Below the pieces are notes generated by a model. It did not search any database, was not told where the DNA came from, and worked only from the letters and a program-made list of their open reading frames with translations. The translations under genes and the position numbers were made by a program. 64,000 nucleotides of DNA. Source: Pseudothermotoga sp. GTDB lineage: Bacteria > Thermotogota > Thermotogae > Thermotogales > DSM-5069. The stretch's first letter is position 1. Every line of letters starts with the position of its first letter. This document shows, piece by piece, positions 59,062-64,000 of the stretch. The DNA is taken from assembly GCA_031962025.1 (NCBI GenBank), contig JAVRKW010000006.1; one strand, given 5' to 3'.

Positions 59062-59817
59062 TTAAACCATGGTCGATCCACCATCAATGTTTATGACACT
59101 GCCTGTCATAAAAGATGCTTCATCGCACGCTGCAAAAAGTATTGCAAAGGCGATTTCTTCTTCCTTGCCAAGCCGTTTCATGGGAATTCTTGAGATCATT
59201 TTCTTCATTGTTTCTTCTGGATTTGCAGATGCCTTGACTCTTTCTGCAAGTCCTTGAGAATAAGTCGTGCCTGGACATATCGCGTTGACCCTTATGCCAA
59301 ATTCAACATAATCAACTGCAAGGGACCTTGTCAAACCAAGAAGGGCTGCTTTTGATATACTGTAAACACATCTTCTTGGAATGCCAATCTGCCCTGCCTC
59401 AGAGGCGATATTGACAATGACACCTGATCTTTGCTTTTTCATTTCCTGAACGGCGTACTTTGATAGTAAGAAAGGTCCTTTGACGTTTACTTCAATCGTT
59501 TTTGTGAAATCTTCTTCACTGGTTTCCTCTATATTGCCGTAAGGGACTATTCCTGCGTTGTTCACCAGAATATCGATTTTTCCAAAGGCTTCTACAGTTT
59601 TTCTAACTATAGCTTCTGCATCCTTTGCAACGTCCCCTGTGACAAAAATTGCCTGTCGCCCGGTTTGTTTTATCATCTCAACGGTCTCACTTCCCCTTTG
59701 TTCAGATATATCATTGACTGCTACACTGGCACCCCTTTCGGCAAACATGAGTGCGGCTTTGCGCCCTATACCAGAGCCAGCTCCTGTTATCAAAACTACC
59801 TTTCCAGAAAAATTCAT
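59062..59817 (-). CDS. Short-chain dehydrogenase/reductase
   Basis: TGAGSGIG, NNAG, YSISK, VNAICPG, IDGG. Confidence 0.92.
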   Translation of the reverse strand: MNFSGKVVLITGAGSGIGRKAALMFAERGASVAVNDISEQRGSETVEMIKQTGRQAIFVTGDVAKDAEAIVRKTVEAFGKIDILVNNAGIVPYGNIEETSEEDFTKTIEVNVKGPFLLSKYAVQEMKKQRSGVIVNIASEAGQIGIPRRCVYSISKAALLGLTRSLAVDYVEFGIRVNAICPGTTYSQGLAERVKASANPEETMKKMISRIPMKRLGKEEEIAFAILFAACDEASFMTGSVINIDGGSTMV

Positions 59818-59831
59818 TTTTCAACCCTCCT

Positions 59832-61115
59832 TTATTTGAACAACAGATTTGGTAGCAACAATACCAGTTGCGGGAAGAACATCACAACGAATATGACAGC
59901 AACAGTAGCAATGAAAAACGGCACAGATGCTTTTGTATATTCCTCAACAGAAGCACCGAGTACCGAACAACCTGCATACATCGAGGCACCGACTGGTGGT
60001 GTTTGATTTCCCATTGCTGCAGCAAGTATGAAGACCAGACCAAAATGCACAGGATCCAATCCAACCCTTCTGGCAACAGGTAGCAGAACCGATGTGAGCA
60101 TCAAAATCAACGCTGTTGCATCAATGAACAGACCAGCAAAGATCAGGAAAATAATTATCATTGTCATAAGCACATAAGGGTTGGTACTGATATTCAGCAA
60201 AAAACTTGCCAGTTTCTCTGGTGTCTTCTCCCAAACCATACCGTAACCGAAAATCTGCGACATTGCTATTATGTACATAACACTGCCAACATCGTTGATC
60301 GAATCGTCAAGAGTGTGTTTGAAAAATGTCTTTACATCGAGTTCTCTGTAAATAATCATGCCAACTATCAGTCCATAAACCACTGCAAATGAACCGACCT
60401 CAGATGGCGTGAAAATACCTGTTCTGAGTCCCAGCAAAAGCAGGATGGGGAATATGACAGCCCAGATACTCTTTCCCAGAGCTCTTATGACCTCGCTTGT
60501 AGGGGCACGTTTTTCTCTCTCTGGTTGCAGGCCCATGCTTTTTGCGGATAACCATATCGCAACCATGTATGAGACCATTAGCAAAAGCCCTGGAATTATC
60601 CCCGCTGCAAACAATCTTCCTATGGAAACCTGTCCAATGGTTCCATAGATGATGAAAGCAATCCCCGGTGGTATTATCGGTGTTATCAATGATGTCCAGA
60701 CATTTACCGCTACAGCATAACCTTTTGGATAACCTCTTTTGAGCATCTCTGGACCAAGCATCCGCGTTTCCATAGCTGCATCTGCGATGCTTGAACCAGA
60801 AACACCACCCATGAGTGTTGATAAAACCGCAGACACCTGTGCAAGTCCACCTCTCATGTGGCCAGTCAATGAAGCTGCAAAATTCATCAACCTGCTGGTC
60901 ACACCACCGTAGTTCATCACATTACCTGCCAGAATGAAAAGTGGTATCGCGATTAGTGTGAAGTTCAGTATTTGAGACAGACTGACCTGTATTGGTATAG
61001 TTATGGGAAGTGATGGATTTTGTAAAAACCACACAAATCCAGATATACCTATGGCAAATGCCACAGGCATGCCCATCAGCAGAAAAATCGCAAAAACGAT
61101 TACGACCAGTGTCAT
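59832..61115 (-). CDS. dctM: TRAP transporter large permease
   Basis: AIPLFILAG, GHMRGGL, SGSSIADA, IIPPGI, FTPSE, TPPVG. Confidence 0.93.
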   Translation of the reverse strand: MTLVVIVFAIFLLMGMPVAFAIGISGFVWFLQNPSLPITIPIQVSLSQILNFTLIAIPLFILAGNVMNYGGVTSRLMNFAASLTGHMRGGLAQVSAVLSTLMGGVSGSSIADAAMETRMLGPEMLKRGYPKGYAVAVNVWTSLITPIIPPGIAFIIYGTIGQVSIGRLFAAGIIPGLLLMVSYMVAIWLSAKSMGLQPEREKRAPTSEVIRALGKSIWAVIFPILLLLGLRTGIFTPSEVGSFAVVYGLIVGMIIYRELDVKTFFKHTLDDSINDVGSVMYIIAMSQIFGYGMVWEKTPEKLASFLLNISTNPYVLMTMIIIFLIFAGLFIDATALILMLTSVLLPVARRVGLDPVHFGLVFILAAAMGNQTPPVGASMYAGCSVLGASVEEYTKASVPFFIATVAVIFVVMFFPQLVLLLPNLLFK

Positions 61116-61116
61116 T

Positions 61117-61599
61117 TCATTTTGCCCCCTCTGCAGGAGTTTTTCTCAGTTCGTTTACTATCTTTATGATAGTTGTTCTGAGTATGAGAATTGCACCTAC
61201 TGGCACGCTCACATTTATCCATGAGTAACTGAAATTAGGTATACCGGCAAAGGTTCTGAACCTTGTTGTGTAGGTCAGTCGAAATCCCCAGATTATCAGG
61301 TATACCAGAAAGGAGGCTATTATAAAATAATTAATCAGTCTGATTATTTTCTGTACCTTCAATGGCAATCGCTTCACCAAAAGATCGACTGACATCATTC
61401 TGTTATTTCTCCATGCTACATCAACCGCAAAAAAGCACGCCCACCCAAACATAAAAGTACTCATGTCAACTGCCCAGTTCATTGGATGTTTCAAAAACCT
61501 GGCTATACCAGACATGAAAATGAGAATTATCATCATAATTATCAGGATCTTCGCAGCGGTCTTTTCAAATGAAAGAAGATACTGGTCGAACTTTTTCAC
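61117..61599 (-). CDS. dctQ: TRAP transporter small permease
   Basis: Four TM segments; between dctP and dctM. Confidence 0.88.
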   Translation of the reverse strand: MKKFDQYLLSFEKTAAKILIIMMIILIFMSGIARFLKHPMNWAVDMSTFMFGWACFFAVDVAWRNNRMMSVDLLVKRLPLKVQKIIRLINYFIIASFLVYLIIWGFRLTYTTRFRTFAGIPNFSYSWINVSVPVGAILILRTTIIKIVNELRKTPAEGAK

Positions 61600-61627
61600 C
61601 TATATCACCTCTGCAGAAAGACAGATC

Positions 61628-61658
61628 AAAAGCCCAACTCCTTACAAGGAGTTGGGCT
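61628..61658 (-). terminator. Intra-operon stem-loop after dctP
   Basis: AGCCCAACTCCT/AGGAGTTGGGCT perfect 12-bp stem with a short T-run on the minus strand. Confidence 0.72.
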
Positions 61659-61678
61659 CAGAAAAACTAAAAAAGCTC

Positions 61679-62704
61679 TCATTTTCCTTCCAGTGCTTTT
61701 AATTCCTGAATAAGCTGATTTCTCGCGTCGACAAGCTTAAGAACTTCGTAGGCTTTTTCTCCGGCTTTCATAAAGGCATCGATGTCAACATCTGTTATTA
61801 TTTGCATACCCTTGTTTATTACTTCCTGTTTGAACTTCTCATTCAGTTCCTTCATGATTTTTAACGAGGTTTCTATACCAGCCTTGTCACATTCTTCTAC
61901 GAGTATTTTCTGGTATTCTGGTGGTAAACTGTTAAACCACTTTGCGCTTACAACCTCAAAGTTTATTAAAAGAATGTGACCTGTTTCAGAACCATATTTA
62001 AGTACTTCGTAGAGCTTTCCTCCGTATATGTTTGCGTACACCAGTTCAGCACCATCAACAGCCTTGGTCTGAATACCTGTGTAAATCTCTCCAAAATTCA
62101 TAGCCACCGGCTGGGCACCAAGAGCACGGACAGATTCTTGCCAGATGGGAGTTCCGGGTGTTCTGATTCTCAATCCTTTCAGATCTTCTGGCTTTCTGAT
62201 TGGTTTGTTTGTGAAGAAGTGTCTGTAACCCTGAATCCACATGTAAGAAACTACCTTGAACCCGTATTTCTCTTCGAGTTCCTTAAGCCATTTTTGCATG
62301 GTTGGAGTCTGTTTGAGTTTTGTGAGAACATCCAGAGCCTGCTCTGGTGTGGTTGCTCCCAGGTAGTTCACAAAATATGGTGCGTTCATAACGGCAATGG
62401 GTGGAACGTACATGCCCATTCTTGCTGAATCTGTGTTTTGACCGATATTGGCACCGGCTCTGATCTGTTCAAGAATATCTTCTTCAACACCAAGTTGTGC
62501 ACTGTGGTAAACTTCAATTTTCAATTCACCATTTGTCCTTTCTTCAACAGCTTTCGCCCACTTGAGAAATCCTTCATGATATGGTTCGGTTGGTGCAAGA
62601 ACATGGTTGAATCTCAAAACATATTTTGGTGCTGCAAAAAGTGATGTTGCAAACACACACAACGTTACCAGAAAGATCACCGTAAACCTGCCTGTACCCT
62701 TCAT
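61679..62704 (-). CDS. dctP: TRAP transporter substrate-binding protein
   Basis: Signal peptide, VEERTNGELKIEVY, GYRHF, DLKGLRIRTP, GIQTKAVDGAE. Confidence 0.93.
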   Translation of the reverse strand: MKGTGRFTVIFLVTLCVFATSLFAAPKYVLRFNHVLAPTEPYHEGFLKWAKAVEERTNGELKIEVYHSAQLGVEEDILEQIRAGANIGQNTDSARMGMYVPPIAVMNAPYFVNYLGATTPEQALDVLTKLKQTPTMQKWLKELEEKYGFKVVSYMWIQGYRHFFTNKPIRKPEDLKGLRIRTPGTPIWQESVRALGAQPVAMNFGEIYTGIQTKAVDGAELVYANIYGGKLYEVLKYGSETGHILLINFEVVSAKWFNSLPPEYQKILVEECDKAGIETSLKIMKELNEKFKQEVINKGMQIITDVDIDAFMKAGEKAYEVLKLVDARNQLIQELKALEGK

Positions 62705-62766
62705 GGGTTCACCCCCTGTGAAAAAATTATCTGACTGCCACTATAAATAGTGGTGTCCGAAAAAAA

Positions 62767-62794
62767 ATTATACACCAAATCAACCCTGAGTCAA
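62767..62794 (-). promoter_or_regulatory. Putative sigma-70 promoter of the TRAP operon
   Basis: TTGACT, 16 bp spacer, TATAAT on the minus strand. Confidence 0.5.
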
Positions 62795-62997
62795 CGGCAC
62801 AGTCATTTTTTAACAAATTGCCTCAAAAGATAATTACACCAGCGTGCTTGTGCTTAATTTCGATTTACAAGCTTTTTTTCATAGATTCAGCAAAGATTTT
62901 GTTGTAGAGATTGCACTAACAGTTAACAGCTTTTAAAGTGAAAGAGAATTACTGTTCTATACAATTTATATGAGAATTTTTCGCTGGAGGTGCAAAG

Positions 62998-64000
62998 ATG
63001 AAGTTATCTATCAGAGTACTTGGAATCATAATCTTTGTGGTTGTCTCATTGTTGGTACTTTTGCCAACGGTGTTTGTCTCTTATAGATCAAACACCAAGG
63101 CAACACAGCAACAGCTTTATGCGAGGGTACTCAATGGAGCTGTTGAGGTTTTCAAGGAATATGTCAAGTCTGAATATGGAAAACTTAGCTTGCAAGATGG
63201 AGTCTTAGTTGACGCATCGCAAAAGCCCGTTAAAGACAGATTTGAAGTTGTAGACAAAATAAGCACCCAGATGGATATTGTAGCAACGATATTTCAAAAA
63301 CAAGGCAATGATTTTTTGAGAGTATCAACATCGATTCGTAAAGACGATGGAAGCAGAGCTGTTGGAACATTTCTTGGAACAGACAGCGCAGCGTACAAAC
63401 CAGTTATGCAAAAACAGCGCTACATTGGAAAAGCCAAAATACTTGGCAAGGATTATGTCACAGCCTATGACCCAGTATTAGACGAACAGGGTAATGTCAT
63501 AGGTATCCTTTTTGTCGGTGTTCCGACCAAAGTCGTGGATGACATGGTTGCTTCAAGCCAGAAAATATTTGTCAGGAATGTTATCATAACAGCAGTTATC
63601 GTTTTTGCACTGGCTCTAATATTGGGAGTGTTGTTTGTTGATAATGTTCTTGGAAAACCTATGAAACGACTCACGATTATGATGAACAAAATTAAAGATG
63701 GTGATTTGATTTTCCAGATAAATGAAAAAGCTCTCAGCAGGGATTTTGCTCAAATGTTTGAAACAGTAAAAGCGATGAAAAAAGGTTTGGCAGAGCTTGT
63801 ATCGCGTATAAACGATGAGTCACAGAAAGTCACTGAAAGTGGTCAATCACTTGCTTCAGTTTCACAGCAGTTGAGTGCAACAAGTGAAGAATTATCTTCA
63901 CAGATGGAAGAAGTGAACAAGAGTGCACAGAACGCATCTGCATCGATAGAGCAGGTCACAAGCGGTATAGAAGAAGTAGCGGCAAGTGCACAGAATGTAT
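62998..64000 (+). CDS. Methyl-accepting chemotaxis protein with Cache sensor domain (3' truncated; absent from ORF track)
   Basis: GGAGGTG SD and ATG 62998; MKLSIRVLGIIIFVVV TM1, ATIFQ...RVSTSI...GSRAVGT Cache motif, TM2, HAMP and signalling heptads; no stop seen before the window end. Confidence 0.9.
   Translation, partial: MKLSIRVLGIIIFVVVSLLVLLPTVFVSYRSNTKATQQQLYARVLNGAVEVFKEYVKSEYGKLSLQDGVLVDASQKPVKDRFEVVDKISTQMDIVATIFQKQGNDFLRVSTSIRKDDGSRAVGTFLGTDSAAYKPVMQKQRYIGKAKILGKDYVTAYDPVLDEQGNVIGILFVGVPTKVVDDMVASSQKIFVRNVIITAVIVFALALILGVLFVDNVLGKPMKRLTIMMNKIKDGDLIFQINEKALSRDFAQMFETVKAMKKGLAELVSRINDESQKVTESGQSLASVSQQLSATSEELSSQMEEVNKSAQNASASIEQVTSGIEEVAASAQNV

Noticed and set aside
1076..63689. 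Numerous 60-225 aa antisense or alternate-frame ORFs in the track
   Set aside because: They are shadows of well-supported genes, without RBS or recognisable motifs.

Overview
A 64 kb, roughly 39-40% GC, gene-dense bacterial chromosome segment. Gene content, strong GGAGGTG ribosome-binding sites and short gene overlaps suggest a Thermotogota (Pseudothermotoga-like) genome; this is an inference. It contains: the 3' end of a GT4 glycosyltransferase; two divergent Opp/Dpp-family ABC operons with AnmK, a beta-lactamase-fold hydrolase and a BadF-type sugar kinase (amino-sugar/peptidoglycan salvage); an oxidative-stress/2-oxoacid oxidoreductase cluster; a hydroxyacid dehydrogenase operon; a frameshifted MATE; a GlpA-like/FGGY kinase/alkyl-DHAP-synthase-like operon with a GntR gene; a 7-repeat secreted propeller protein; a frameshifted copA; an ArsR-ferredoxin-HdrA-like cluster; tRNA-Pro and tRNA-Gln; housekeeping genes (rarA, UDG, mutS, clpP, tig, PBP, rsmH, rsmD); a deacetylase-kinase-GH4 operon; a TRAP/sugar-acid operon; and a truncated MCP. 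The most notable unannotated signal is intergenic. Two related ~90-190 bp elements (22365-22552 and 39768-39880) look like relics of IscB-type IS200/IS605 (OMEGA) transposons. Each sits exactly against the ATGAA start of a host gene and carries an extended Shine-Dalgarno plus a covarying hairpin. A third, separate relic (~32244-32649) looks like an internally deleted tnpA/tnpB element that keeps its omega-RNA/right end. These family assignments rest on recalled motif similarity and need HMM/CM confirmation.
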